A stretch of 64,000 nucleotides of DNA. It comes from Rubripirellula sp. (GTDB taxonomy: Bacteria; Planctomycetota; Planctomycetia; Pirellulales; Pirellulaceae). The position numbers and the translations under genes were made by a program. Shown here one piece after another: positions 30,546-40,549 of the stretch; positions within the stretch are counted from its first letter, which is position 1, and every line of letters starts with the position of its first letter. The stretch is taken from positions 2,144,001 through 2,208,000 of the forward strand of contig OZ244207.1 in assembly GCA_965216875.1 (NCBI GenBank), read 5' to 3'. Under the pieces are notes generated by a model. The model did no database searches. It worked only from the letters and a program-made list of their open reading frames with translations, and was not told the DNA's origin.

Positions 30546-31355
30546 CTATCTGCCTTTTTCACTTCCTTCGATCCACTCGGTCGCTTCTGCAAGCACATCG
30601 TCAAACACATTCTCGATCTCGACAATCTCGGCGTAACTCATTCCTTTCTGTTCAATCAAGAATTCGACGGCGATCCGGTAGCGCAGGTATTGTGGCGGCA
30701 GCATGATCCCATCGTGCAAGTCAACCCATTGAGTGTTGTCTTCGTCCTGATGAGCAACCCGACCCCAGACATGAGAGAGCTGATAATGGGGACGCCGCCG
30801 GTCATCTGAGTGGGCAATGTACTCCGCGTAGCCCTCGCGCTTCCATAAAGCAGTTGACGATGCGGAGACCGTTCCGAAACGCTGGTTCTCGATACAATGC
30901 GTCATCTCATGAGCGAGCGTTCGAACCAGATTCATGCTCAGTACCGGTCCGACGAGCGTTTTCGATTCCCAGTCGATCGCTGCGTCAAGGAAGATCCGGT
31001 TGCCTGACGCCTTCGCCATCACCGGCTTGGCCATCCGATTCTGAATCGCCGCGTAGGTCGTCCCCCTCACTAAGAACACACTCAGCCGAATATCATCGCT
31101 CATCAGTTCCGACGTCTCGACAATTGCGTTTGCTTGCTTCAGGACCTCGCCCCAATCCTGAGTGATCGGCTGGTCGGAATAGACGGTGACCGCGCCAAAG
31201 TTCTCCGAATACGCGAAGCAGATCTGTGGCGAAACGATGACCGTCGCCAATAAGATGGACGGAATCAGTGCGGCGACGAGACCGGCAAACACGACGCGTC
31301 GAAAGAGCCGCTTCGGCTTCATTGCGGGTGAATGCTGGGAATCTGCCATCGCCAA
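30546..31355 (-). CDS. Putative zinc metallopeptidase (HExxH, gluzincin-like), membrane-anchored
   Basis: TLAHEMTH followed by WKREGYAEY. Confidence 0.75.
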   Translation of the reverse strand: MAMADSQHSPAMKPKRLFRRVVFAGLVAALIPSILLATVIVSPQICFAYSENFGAVTVYSDQPITQDWGEVLKQANAIVETSELMSDDIRLSVFLVRGTTYAAIQNRMAKPVMAKASGNRIFLDAAIDWESKTLVGPVLSMNLVRTLAHEMTHCIENQRFGTVSASSTALWKREGYAEYIAHSDDRRRPHYQLSHVWGRVAHQDEDNTQWVDLHDGIMLPPQYLRYRIAVEFLIEQKGMSYAEIVEIENVFDDVLAEATEWIEGSEKGR

Positions 31356-31579
31356 AACGTCTCGCTCGAACGGTGATGTTGCTCATCTTAGCCTGCGTAG
31401 GCCGGATCAAGAAGCGACAGCGCCCCAGATCCGGAACGACGCGAGAGTGATGCAACCAAGCAGTCCGCGCACGTAACTTTACCCACACGCAACTCTTGCG
31501 GAGCGAAACTCGCCTCCAAGAATCGCAACCTGACCGCGTGGGGAGAATCAATCGCGGCTTTCGCGGAATTGTAATGAGA

Positions 31580-31605
31580 TTCCGGCTGAAGCCGGTACTA
31601 CGAAC
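31580..31605. repeat. GTAG-type REP (family B)
   Basis: ttccggctgaagccggtactacgaac; matches the units at 38409-38505. Confidence 0.7.
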
Positions 31606-31628
31606 GGCAACGAATCTTGCCAGCCACG

Positions 31629-33851
31629 CTACTCTTGCGACTGGCTGATTTTGATCGCTTGACGCACAAGGTCAACAAACTCCGCTCGGTACCCTTGAGA
31701 ATCCTCACCAATCGAACGTGAGGCCATTTCGAGTGTTGACTCCAGAGACGCGGCACCCTTGTATTGCGATTGCCGCAACACCATCGCGAATGACGCGACA
31801 CTCGAGGCGAACTGAAAATCAGTACTTGCGTCCGCGAAGGGACTCACATCGCTTTCGCAGACGAATTCCAGACGCTTGCTCTTGTCGGCGTCCGGTGCCT
31901 TGTAGCGAATGGCAAGCGTTGCCAACTCGCCCGACTTTGCTGCTTCGGTCAGCGTCGTGTCGGGCTCGGAAGCGCCCTCAACCTGCTCCTTCGCCGGCAG
32001 CGTCGTCGCTTGGTACTTCAACGTTGGCGCGACCGGCGATGCTTTTGCTTGAGCCTCGGGCAACTCGCCGGTCACGAGTTCGTAGAGGGCAGTCACAGTG
32101 TGACCAGCACCAATTTCACCGGCGTCTTTGGCGTCGTTGTCAAAATCTTCCGTAGCCAACATCCGGTTCTCGTAGCCAATCAAACGGTACGCTTTGACCT
32201 CCGCGGGATTGAACTCAATCTGCAGCTTCACGTCCTTGGCGATCGTCACGAGACTGGACGACATTTGTTCGACCAACACCTTGCGAGCCTCTCGCATGCT
32301 ATCGATGTAGGCGTAGACGCCGTTGCCGTTGTCAGCCAACTTCTCCATCTTGGAGTCTTTCAAGTTGCCCGTCCCAAAACCGAGCACGGTAAGAAAGACA
32401 CCCGACTTCGCCTTGGATTCAATCAATTCAACCAACGCTTCGTCATCGGTGATCCCCACATTCAAATCGCCGTCGGTCGCAAGGATCACACGATTGACGC
32501 CTCCTTTGATAAAGGTTTCGGTCGCCAATTCGTACGCTCGTTCGATCCCAGCACTCCCATGCGTCGAACCGCCGGAGTTCAGATCCTCGATCACCGTACC
32601 AATCTTCCGTTTTTGATCGCCACTGGTCGGCAGCAACCGAACACCCGCGTCGCCAGCATAGGTGACGATCGAGATCCGATCATTCTCTTGCAAGTGCTCA
32701 AGCATCATCATCAGGGAACGTTGCAGCAGCGGCAACTTGTCGGCGTCCGACATCGAGCCTGAGACATCAAGCAGGAAAACGAGGTTGCTTGCGGGTCGCT
32801 CGGCGCGGTGGATTTCTTTTCCCTTTAGACCGATCCGCAACAGTTGGTTGGCATCGTTCCAGGGGCACTGCGCCAATTCCAGATGAACCGCAAAGGGCAC
32901 GTCGCCTCGTGGTGTGGGATCGTCATAGCAAAAGTAGTTGATCCATTCTTCGGCGCGAATCGATTCGACGGGCGGAAGCATCCCCTGACGAAGGAACCGA
33001 CGCATGTTCGAATAGGAAGCTGTATCGACGTCGATCGAAAAGGTCGAGATCGCGTTCTCGCCGGTGGTCTCGGTGAATCCGTTTTCGGTGATCGAATCGT
33101 AGGATTCATCCCAAGTGGTAACGTAGTCATCCATCCAGGCGAAATTCTTGGTCACCTGCGCACCGTTGCTGTGATAGTACCGCCAGCCGCCATTGGTTCC
33201 ATAATCACGCGCGTTCGGCGCAGTGACGTGCCATGTCGTCGCAGGAATACCACGTCCGCTTTGCCGGAAAAGATAACTCTGCTGCTGCGCGACACTCTGT
33301 GCCGGCGCATTCTGTATAGCAACTGGCGCAGACTGCTGGGGGACTTGCGGCGTCATGAAGTCGTAGTCAACGACCGCGCCCCAGTTTTCGTTTACGTCAA
33401 CATCAACGACTCCGTCGCCGTCGCCGTCGTCCTCGAAGAAGACCTGAGTCTCAAGGCCGTTGCTAACAATCGGAGGCACCATCTTTTGGCCAACCGGCGA
33501 TTGGGCAACCGGCGTTGGATCTGTCTGATTGGCGTACCAACCAGCAATCAGTAGCAAGGTCGCAGCGACCGCAACGGCCGACGCGTAGACCAGTCGTTTC
33601 CGGCTCGTCGCGGGCGAGACAAACTCACTCCCCGACAACTCCTCCTCGATTTGGTCGCGAAGGGACGGATTCGAATCAGGAAGATCAGCCCCGATCTCTT
33701 GAATCGCATCCTCTTTTATCGCATTGGCGACCAACAGCAGCTCGCGCTCTTCGCTTGACGCCGATTCAAGGTCGTTGGTTCCGCTTAGCAGTTCGTAGAA
33801 ACGATCGGCATCGGCTTGCGTCTTTTCGGCTTGGTCTTCTGGTTGGTTCAT
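31629..33851 (-). CDS. YfbK-like VWA domain protein with N-terminal TM (probable anti-sigma factor)
   Basis: STFSIDVDTASY, MIDAS DVSGS, ATDGD, YRLIGYENR and DAGEIGAGH; start overlaps the ECF gene stop. Confidence 0.9.
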   Translation of the reverse strand: MNQPEDQAEKTQADADRFYELLSGTNDLESASSEERELLLVANAIKEDAIQEIGADLPDSNPSLRDQIEEELSGSEFVSPATSRKRLVYASAVAVAATLLLIAGWYANQTDPTPVAQSPVGQKMVPPIVSNGLETQVFFEDDGDGDGVVDVDVNENWGAVVDYDFMTPQVPQQSAPVAIQNAPAQSVAQQQSYLFRQSGRGIPATTWHVTAPNARDYGTNGGWRYYHSNGAQVTKNFAWMDDYVTTWDESYDSITENGFTETTGENAISTFSIDVDTASYSNMRRFLRQGMLPPVESIRAEEWINYFCYDDPTPRGDVPFAVHLELAQCPWNDANQLLRIGLKGKEIHRAERPASNLVFLLDVSGSMSDADKLPLLQRSLMMMLEHLQENDRISIVTYAGDAGVRLLPTSGDQKRKIGTVIEDLNSGGSTHGSAGIERAYELATETFIKGGVNRVILATDGDLNVGITDDEALVELIESKAKSGVFLTVLGFGTGNLKDSKMEKLADNGNGVYAYIDSMREARKVLVEQMSSSLVTIAKDVKLQIEFNPAEVKAYRLIGYENRMLATEDFDNDAKDAGEIGAGHTVTALYELVTGELPEAQAKASPVAPTLKYQATTLPAKEQVEGASEPDTTLTEAAKSGELATLAIRYKAPDADKSKRLEFVCESDVSPFADASTDFQFASSVASFAMVLRQSQYKGAASLESTLEMASRSIGEDSQGYRAEFVDLVRQAIKISQSQE

Positions 33852-34408
33852 CGTCGGTTTCCCGAAGGAGTGGTCAAACGCTCGTCCATCAGTCGCTGCA
33901 CGCTTGGGTGCTGGCGGATCTGTTTCAAGCCACGGTGCAGTGCGACGCGCACGGCGCCCTCACTGCGACCGGTGACTTCGGCAATCTCTTGATTGCTAAA
34001 ACTTTGTGACCAGAGTTCGGCCACTTCGCGTTCACCACGTGGCAGCTGGTCGATCAGTTTCCCGACCAAGCTGACGAGTTCACCTTGTTCCAACTTGCGT
34101 CCTGGATCACAAGAATGCCCATTCACATGATCGAGTCGCGTCTCCGTCTCCGACTCACGCAGTGGTTTGTGTCGTCTCCGTTCATCGATTGCTCGATTTC
34201 GGCAAACTTGAAACAACCAGGGCGCGAGCCGCTGAGAGACCGTTTGAAGATCTTGCTGACACAGCTTCATGAAGCTGTGCTGGACCACATCCCGCGCCAA
34301 TTCCATGTCACCATCGAGCAGGCGCAGGGCGTACCGCGTCAGCCGGCACTCGTATTGGTCGAGAGCCGCGAGGACGAATTCACGCTGGCGAGCCGAAGGG
34401 TCAGACAT
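33848..34408 (-). CDS. ECF RNA polymerase sigma factor
   Basis: ARDVVQHSF, WLFQVCRNRAID (region 2); SNQEIAE, GAVRVALHRG (region 4). Confidence 0.93.
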   Translation of the reverse strand: MSDPSARQREFVLAALDQYECRLTRYALRLLDGDMELARDVVQHSFMKLCQQDLQTVSQRLAPWLFQVCRNRAIDERRRHKPLRESETETRLDHVNGHSCDPGRKLEQGELVSLVGKLIDQLPRGEREVAELWSQSFSNQEIAEVTGRSEGAVRVALHRGLKQIRQHPSVQRLMDERLTTPSGNRR

Positions 34409-34557
34409 GTAAATGCCGTGCGGGACAGTTTCTTGGTTTCCGTTGCTCGGTCAGAAGTAAATACGGACGAGTTGCTGGGGTGTTACGGAAAAGAGTCAGA
34501 AAAAGCCGAAAGCGGTATTGGGCGCCGTTGCGCTCGTCAGAGCGTACGTCATCATCC

Positions 34558-34634
34558 GTAGCTACGCTCGCCAGAGCGTGGGGCGATGGAGAGCGATCTG
34601 CCGCCACGAACCACCTTTCGGCGAAGGTAGCGAC
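34558..34634. repeat. REP doublet (family A, inverted pair)
   Basis: gtagctacgctcgccagagcgtgg ... ccacctttcggcgaaggtagcgac. Confidence 0.8.
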
Positions 34635-34646
34635 GAGGAAAAAAGC

Positions 34647-34820
34647 CTAGGAAACGCGGCCGCCATCGCAGCAGGTCTCGCAGATCGTATGGCATCGACT
34701 GCAAACAAGCTTGGTTCGCATCTCCTTGAGACTCCCGCCACACACGGGACAGGCTCCCAAGCCGGTCGAGCATTGCGAACCCTGAGGCTCGGTGGTCTCT
34801 TTCTTCGTGTCGTCTTTCAT
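34647..34820 (-). CDS. 57-aa Cys-rich zinc-ribbon microprotein (below ORF-track cutoff)
   Basis: MKDDTKKETTEPQGSQCSTGLGACPVCGGSLKEMRTKLVCSRCHTICETCCDGGRVS; GGAGG RBS 8 nt upstream of the ATG. Confidence 0.8.
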   Translation of the reverse strand: MKDDTKKETTEPQGSQCSTGLGACPVCGGSLKEMRTKLVCSRCHTICETCCDGGRVS

Positions 34821-34916
34821 TAGGAATCCCTCCTGCGCATCAAACAGCCAACAAATCCTTCACATCGTACGCCACCGCGACGGCCGGTTGTACCAGGATT
34901 CACACCCGGTTTCGGC

Positions 34917-37900
34917 TCAGTTGCTGGCAACGTTCGAACGCACGTGCACATCAAGCTGTGGGAAAGCGATCTCGATGTCGGCTTCGGCAAACCGTTGATA
35001 GATCGCGGTATGGACTTGGTGAATCGTTTCCGTTCGCTCGTCCATGTTTTCGAGATACGCACGAACAACAAAATTCAACGTACTGTCGCCAAACTGTTCA
35101 AAGGTGATCAGTGGCCGCGGGTCATCCAAGACGTTCGGGTCGTCGGCAAGCAGATCACGCAAGATTTCGCGAGCCTTTTCGGTATCGCTCCCGTAGGCAA
35201 CGCCAACATTGACCGTGATTCGATTCATGTCGTCCGAAAGCGTCCAGTTGGTGATGCGACCGGTGATCAGTTCTTTGTTCGGAATCACCACTTCTTGCCG
35301 ATCCCAATTGCGAACGGTTGTCGCCCGCGTCCGGATTCGAATCACAACCCCGGTTGTGTCCCCGAGACTGACAATGTCTCCGACACGGATTGGACGTTCA
35401 AACAGCAACAGCACGCCGCAGATAAAGTTCGCCACAATTTCTTGCAGGCCAAAACCAAGTCCCACGCCCATCGCGGCCACCAAGAATTGAACCTGATCCC
35501 AGCCAATGCGAACCGCAGCACAGGATGACACGACACCGGCGATCCCAATCAAGTACTGCGAAATCGTCGTGACGGCATAACGAATTGACGATTCGACGCC
35601 GAGTCGACCGAGCAACAGAACGTCTACCAAACCTGGCAAGTTTCGCCACGCGATCACGGTCAACGTGATCAGCAGAATCGATGTCGCAAGTGCGCCGATC
35701 GTGATCGGTTGCTTGATCCCGTCCTCTTGAAAGAAGGGATTGATCGGCTGCTTCGCGAGCGGTTCCAGTGCCGGATACAACTCGGCGCCAATGATCGCCA
35801 TCCCGTACGCCGCTGCGATGCAAACCAGGAACGTGATCAAGCGCCGCGTTTGGCGATCCATCGCGACCAAGTCGGTCTCGCCTTCTTTGGCCAAGATCGC
35901 ATCGAAGTCACTCGCTGCTGATTCTTCACTTGTCCCTGCCGACCGACGTGATTCAATCAACTGAGCCCAGCGGATCTTGCGCCGCTGAATACGAACCGCC
36001 CGAAAAAGCACCGCTTGCACCACAATCAAACTGACGATCAACCAAAACGAATAGAGCAAGTCGAGCGTCAATTCGTACGCTGTGTACTGGTACCCAATCG
36101 CCGCGAAGACGGCCAACGCGAAAGGCGCGAGGACGGAGACCCATTGCAGCTTCCGCCGGTGCCGGTGCCAGAAAGTCGGTTGGTCACCGTCCGATTCGAC
36201 GATGCCACGATAAAGTCGCACCAAAGTCCAAGAGACAAGTAGAAGCAGCCCGATCAAACTGATCCGGCCGAGCGAATCACGATATTCAAGCGTTCCATGA
36301 TGCAAAAAGACGCTCGCGAAGAAGAGCAGCGGTGCGCCCGCAATCACTAAACCCAACAGACACGACTTGAGGGGCGCGCTCTGCAGGCGAGACCAGCCGA
36401 AATGACAGACCGCGAGCCCTTTGTATCGCCAAACTTGGCGTAGAAAATCAAGCGTCAACCACCACCAAAAGACGACATAGCCCGCTTCCGAAAAGCCTTG
36501 CAGTTGTTCCACCTCAGAATCGGCGATGGCCCAAGCAACAAAAAGGATCGGCAGCGGCCAAGCGAGCGACAGGACCGCGCTCAAAAAGATCGCCCGCATC
36601 GTGGGGGATAACTGGCGACAGGAAACACGCGCCGCTTCGTCGCCCATCTGCTCGAGCTTTCGTTTCAGTCTCGATCGCAGGACGAAAATCAACACCACCA
36701 GCGTTAGTACCGAAATCGAAAACAGCGGTCGATTTCGGACATTGCGGCGCAACTGGTAAGTCGCCGAGCTTAACGTCTCGCGATTGAACAACCATGCAAC
36801 CGCATTGCGTGAATCGGCAAGATCACTTGGCCCGAGCGGCCGGGCACTTTTGAGCCAAAACAGACGCCCATCGATGTGCGCACGATAGTCACTAACAATC
36901 TCGATCAAGCGTTCTTTGTCGTCTCGAACACCAACACGCAGCCCGTAGTTCCGCTTCATGTCTTTCAGCAGGCTGTCCAGGATCCGCGTTTCCAGGGTCA
37001 ACAGGCTCGCAAGCTCGGTTTCCAGTGGCTCGGGAAGCGGATCGGGGAACTCACCCAATTGCTGCAGCGTTGTGCTGGCGGCCAACTTCGGATCCGAAAG
37101 CAGTGCGCGTCGATCTTCGAGTTCGTACAAACGCTCGCGATAGACATCCAGTTCGCCGTTGAGGCTACGCACGTTCGTGGCAAGGGTTGCTGCCGAAGGA
37201 AGCTCCGTCCGTTTACGCACGAGCGTCAGGCCGAATGACTCGGAGGCATCTTCGGAGCGTTTCTTGGTGCGCTCGAAATCCTCTTGCCATCGCACGAGCT
37301 CTCGGCTCGCTTCCTCGCGTGCCCGCGCGGCGCGCAGCATCGCTTCGGCGATTTTCTTTCGCAGAGCGGTCAATCCAACGATGGTTTTTGCGAGTGGCTT
37401 GAACTCATCGGGGGCTGCTTTCATCGCAGCGTTGGCGTCGTTCTGTTGCTGTGTTGCGTCGCTACGGCGAGCGTCGGTGACCTCTTCGAAAAGCGTCAGG
37501 TAATCGGACTCAGTCTGCGCGATTTGAGCCTTCAATTGGTCAATGCGAAGTCGGGGCAGTTCGCCTTGAGCGTCATAGGCGGCTTGCTCGTTCTGCAAGC
37601 TTTGGATCAGCGCAACGAGCTGTTGCTTCTGCGCTTGGAGCGACGTTCGCTGTGCGACCGTGACGGCGTCATCGTCAGCAGTTGCCGCTGCGCGAAACAG
37701 CTCGTTCACCGAATCGAGATCGTTCTGTGCCTTTGCGATTTCACCAGGGATGCGATCGATCCGCTGGACCCGTCGTTGCGGTTCGGCTTGCGCCTGCTCA
37801 AGATCCTGTTTGAGTCCGTTGAGTTGGTTCTCGAGGTCAGACAACTCCTTGGTCAATTCGCCAAGCTTGAGGAATTCGGCCCGCGAGATCTCATAGACCT

Positions 37901-38321
37901 TGGGCTTCTCTTTGCCTTGAACGATCGTTTCGGTGTCTTGCTCGGCGTTGGCAATCCAACTCTTGTACTTGGCCGACTCCTTAGCGCTCGTGCTGGCTTG
38001 TTCGAGCGCTGATTTGGCCTTGGTGTAAGCCTCCTTGACCTGTGCCTTGGTGGCGTCGTCAAGTTCGGTCGCGTCGACCTCTTTCAGGCGAGCGAGCACA
38101 TCCTCGAGGGAAACCGTCGGTTTGTCCTCGACTTGACTCGACCGCTCCGATTCTTGCGGCTGCGCTGTAGCGACCGCGCAGCAGGCAGAGAGACAAAGCC
38201 AGATTCCCAGGGCAGCGACGCGGGGCGAAAAAGACCAACGACAACGCGTTTGCGCAGAGGTGGCGCGCGATGATGACGGTCCAGTGTCCAATACAACGAC
38301 TCCGATTCGTGATTTGCCCAA
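34917..38321 (-). CDS. mscK: Large mechanosensitive channel, MscS family (MscK/KefA-like)
   Basis: Long periplasmic coiled coil, multi-TM region, GVGLGFGLQEIVANFICG, FERPIRVGD, IPNK, NWT and IAFPQ. Confidence 0.92.
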   Translation of the reverse strand: MGKSRIGVVVLDTGPSSSRATSAQTRCRWSFSPRVAALGIWLCLSACCAVATAQPQESERSSQVEDKPTVSLEDVLARLKEVDATELDDATKAQVKEAYTKAKSALEQASTSAKESAKYKSWIANAEQDTETIVQGKEKPKVYEISRAEFLKLGELTKELSDLENQLNGLKQDLEQAQAEPQRRVQRIDRIPGEIAKAQNDLDSVNELFRAAATADDDAVTVAQRTSLQAQKQQLVALIQSLQNEQAAYDAQGELPRLRIDQLKAQIAQTESDYLTLFEEVTDARRSDATQQQNDANAAMKAAPDEFKPLAKTIVGLTALRKKIAEAMLRAARAREEASRELVRWQEDFERTKKRSEDASESFGLTLVRKRTELPSAATLATNVRSLNGELDVYRERLYELEDRRALLSDPKLAASTTLQQLGEFPDPLPEPLETELASLLTLETRILDSLLKDMKRNYGLRVGVRDDKERLIEIVSDYRAHIDGRLFWLKSARPLGPSDLADSRNAVAWLFNRETLSSATYQLRRNVRNRPLFSISVLTLVVLIFVLRSRLKRKLEQMGDEAARVSCRQLSPTMRAIFLSAVLSLAWPLPILFVAWAIADSEVEQLQGFSEAGYVVFWWWLTLDFLRQVWRYKGLAVCHFGWSRLQSAPLKSCLLGLVIAGAPLLFFASVFLHHGTLEYRDSLGRISLIGLLLLVSWTLVRLYRGIVESDGDQPTFWHRHRRKLQWVSVLAPFALAVFAAIGYQYTAYELTLDLLYSFWLIVSLIVVQAVLFRAVRIQRRKIRWAQLIESRRSAGTSEESAASDFDAILAKEGETDLVAMDRQTRRLITFLVCIAAAYGMAIIGAELYPALEPLAKQPINPFFQEDGIKQPITIGALATSILLITLTVIAWRNLPGLVDVLLLGRLGVESSIRYAVTTISQYLIGIAGVVSSCAAVRIGWDQVQFLVAAMGVGLGFGLQEIVANFICGVLLLFERPIRVGDIVSLGDTTGVVIRIRTRATTVRNWDRQEVVIPNKELITGRITNWTLSDDMNRITVNVGVAYGSDTEKAREILRDLLADDPNVLDDPRPLITFEQFGDSTLNFVVRAYLENMDERTETIHQVHTAIYQRFAEADIEIAFPQLDVHVRSNVASN

Positions 38322-38408
38322 AAGGCTTACGCAATGACAGCTAGGTGGCGCAGTGCGGCCAGTCTAGCGATTCATCGCAAATCTGCGAATGGAGGTGCGA
38401 TTCTGAGG

Positions 38409-38505
38409 GTTCGTAGTACCGAGCTTTAGCCGGAATCTTCAGTCTCTTCCGCCTAAAGGCGGTACTACGAACAAGTCTCTTCCGCCTAAAGGGGGTACCA
38501 CGAAC
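38409..38505. repeat. REP cluster (family B), three units
   Basis: gttcgtagtaccgagctttagccggaa followed by two agtctcttccgcctaaagg(c/g)ggtac(t/c)acgaac copies. Confidence 0.8.
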
Positions 38506-38555
38506 CGGTACTTCGTCCCAAAGGGCGGAGACACGGTCTTCGCTGCCAGCGTCAA

Positions 38556-39890
38556 CTACGTGAGTTTCGTCTTACCCGGAACCGCGTGGCCCGAGTCGGG
38601 ACGGGCCGCCTTAACGTCGAATTCAGCAGGCCAAAGGTCCAGCTTCGACTCGTTGGTGGCAAAGTCCCAGGTGACCCGCTTTCCGGTGTAGGCGGCCATC
38701 CGGCCAAGCACCGCCGTCATCGAACTCTCTGCGGTCGCTTTGAGCTCGACGATCGGTTCGCCATTTCGAATCGAGGCGACTAAGTCCACATGTTCCTGTT
38801 CATAGGCCGCGCCGATATTGCCTTTCATCGACCAGGTTTCTGCACCCGATTTGCCGACGATCGAAGCGCCGCGGTTGGACCCATAAATCGTGCACGTTCC
38901 CTCGCTCCCGTAAACGACGTTGGAAACATCGCCTTGAGTTCCCGGGATCTGACGACACATGAACGAAACCGATCGATTGCCGGGATAGAGGTAGTCAACC
39001 GAAACGTTGTCCCACATTTCACTATCGTCTGGACGAGTGAAACGGCCACCGGAACCAAACGCTGACTCAGGTGGTCCGCCCATGATCCAGTTGATCGTGT
39101 CGATGTTGTGAACGGCTTGTTCGGCGATCTGGTCCCCCGAAAGCCAAACGAAGTGCATCCAGTTATGGATCTGGTACTCCGTGTCACTCATACCATCGCG
39201 ACGTGTCCGGTACCAAATTCCGGTCGAACAATAGCGAGCGGTCGCGCCGATGATGTCGCCAATCGCGCCATCATGGATCAAGCGAATCGCTTCCATGTAG
39301 TTGGTCTGACGCCGGTATTGAGTGCCGGTCACGATCGCGGTTTTGTTTGCGATCGCCTTGTCGTGAGCTTCCAAGCAGATTCGATAGCCTGCCGGATCAA
39401 CACAGGTCGGCTTCTCGGCAAACACATGCTTGCCCGCTTCGACGGCATCCAATACATAGCGTGGTCGAAATCCAGGCGGTGTCGCAAAGAGGACGAGGTC
39501 CACATCCGAATCATCGAGGATGCGTTTGTAGGCATCGATGCCACTGTGCATTTTGTTGTCGGGTACGTCAACTTTGTCTTCGTAGCCTTTCTTGAGTCGC
39601 TGTCGTAGCGAACCTAGTTTGCCTTCGTCGATGTCGGCCAACGCAACCAACTTCACATACTCGTTTGCGGTGAGTGTGTTGTTGAGCGCTCCGCCCCCAC
39701 GGCCACCGCAGCCCACCAAGGCGATTCGAACGAGATCGCGAGAGTCGTCTTGAGGTTCTGCGCCTCGTACAGCGCCTGTCAGCGCCGACGTCGTCGCCAA
39801 TCCAGCGGTTGCAGCAGAACTTGTCTGAATGAAGCGGCGTCGCGTTTGCGAAGGCGCGTGGGTGTCCGCATCGTGAGATCTGGGTTTCAT
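38556..39890 (-). CDS. Tat-exported Gfo/Idh/MocA oxidoreductase
   Basis: TRRRFIQ Tat motif, VGCGGRG, ATPPGFR, EKP, GTQYR and EQAVHNID. Confidence 0.92.
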   Translation of the reverse strand: MKPRSHDADTHAPSQTRRRFIQTSSAATAGLATTSALTGAVRGAEPQDDSRDLVRIALVGCGGRGGGALNNTLTANEYVKLVALADIDEGKLGSLRQRLKKGYEDKVDVPDNKMHSGIDAYKRILDDSDVDLVLFATPPGFRPRYVLDAVEAGKHVFAEKPTCVDPAGYRICLEAHDKAIANKTAIVTGTQYRRQTNYMEAIRLIHDGAIGDIIGATARYCSTGIWYRTRRDGMSDTEYQIHNWMHFVWLSGDQIAEQAVHNIDTINWIMGGPPESAFGSGGRFTRPDDSEMWDNVSVDYLYPGNRSVSFMCRQIPGTQGDVSNVVYGSEGTCTIYGSNRGASIVGKSGAETWSMKGNIGAAYEQEHVDLVASIRNGEPIVELKATAESSMTAVLGRMAAYTGKRVTWDFATNESKLDLWPAEFDVKAARPDSGHAVPGKTKLT

Positions 39891-40081
39891 AAGTGAACCT
39901 GAGTGGTCGCATGGGTGCGCAGCCAAGTCGACGAGAGCTGCTACACGGGGAGGGGGAAACAGGCAGGCGTTCGTGCTGACCACGAACGGGCTAAACATAT
40001 TAGCTGCTTCGACCGCGCCGTGGGCAACAAGTCGCAATCTTGGTGCCACCAGAGCAACTTCTCGCGCAGTTTGGACACTGC

Positions 40082-40295
40082 CCGTGAGCCGCTGGCCGTC
40101 AGGCCTCGGGCCCTTGCTGACGCGCGGCGAGTGTGATGGCGATTAAGGCCCGGCCGCTTACGCGATCGCGGCTCAGTTGGCTGAACTTGAGCAAGGATTC
40201 CTGATGCAGGAAGCGCATTTGCAATCCATCGCAATCGCGTGCTTTGCAATCACCCTCCCGCTTGCGGGAGGGTCGGACGCAAAGTCCGGGAAGGG
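40082..40295. repeat. REP-like elements (families C and D)
   Basis: ccgtgagccgctggccgtcaggcc...ggccgcttacgcgatcgcggctca and accctcccgcttgcgggagggtcgg. Confidence 0.7.
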
Positions 40296-40549
40296 AATGA
40301 TTTCCGTAAAGCGAGCTAGAGCACAGATGACGGCCGCCTTCAGTGGAAGCTTGGGAAGAACCGGCAAGATGGCGAGCCGGACCATGTTTCACTACCGCTT
40401 TGCCTAACAAAATCCTTTGTGAATCGTTGAGAGGGAGACGGAAATTTCGGCGCCAAAAAGGCTCTAAAAATCTGCCCCGTTTCCTAGACATCGCGTCTGT
40501 GCACTGTGTTACGATGACCTCGTACACCAACCCCCCATGGAGGTATCCA

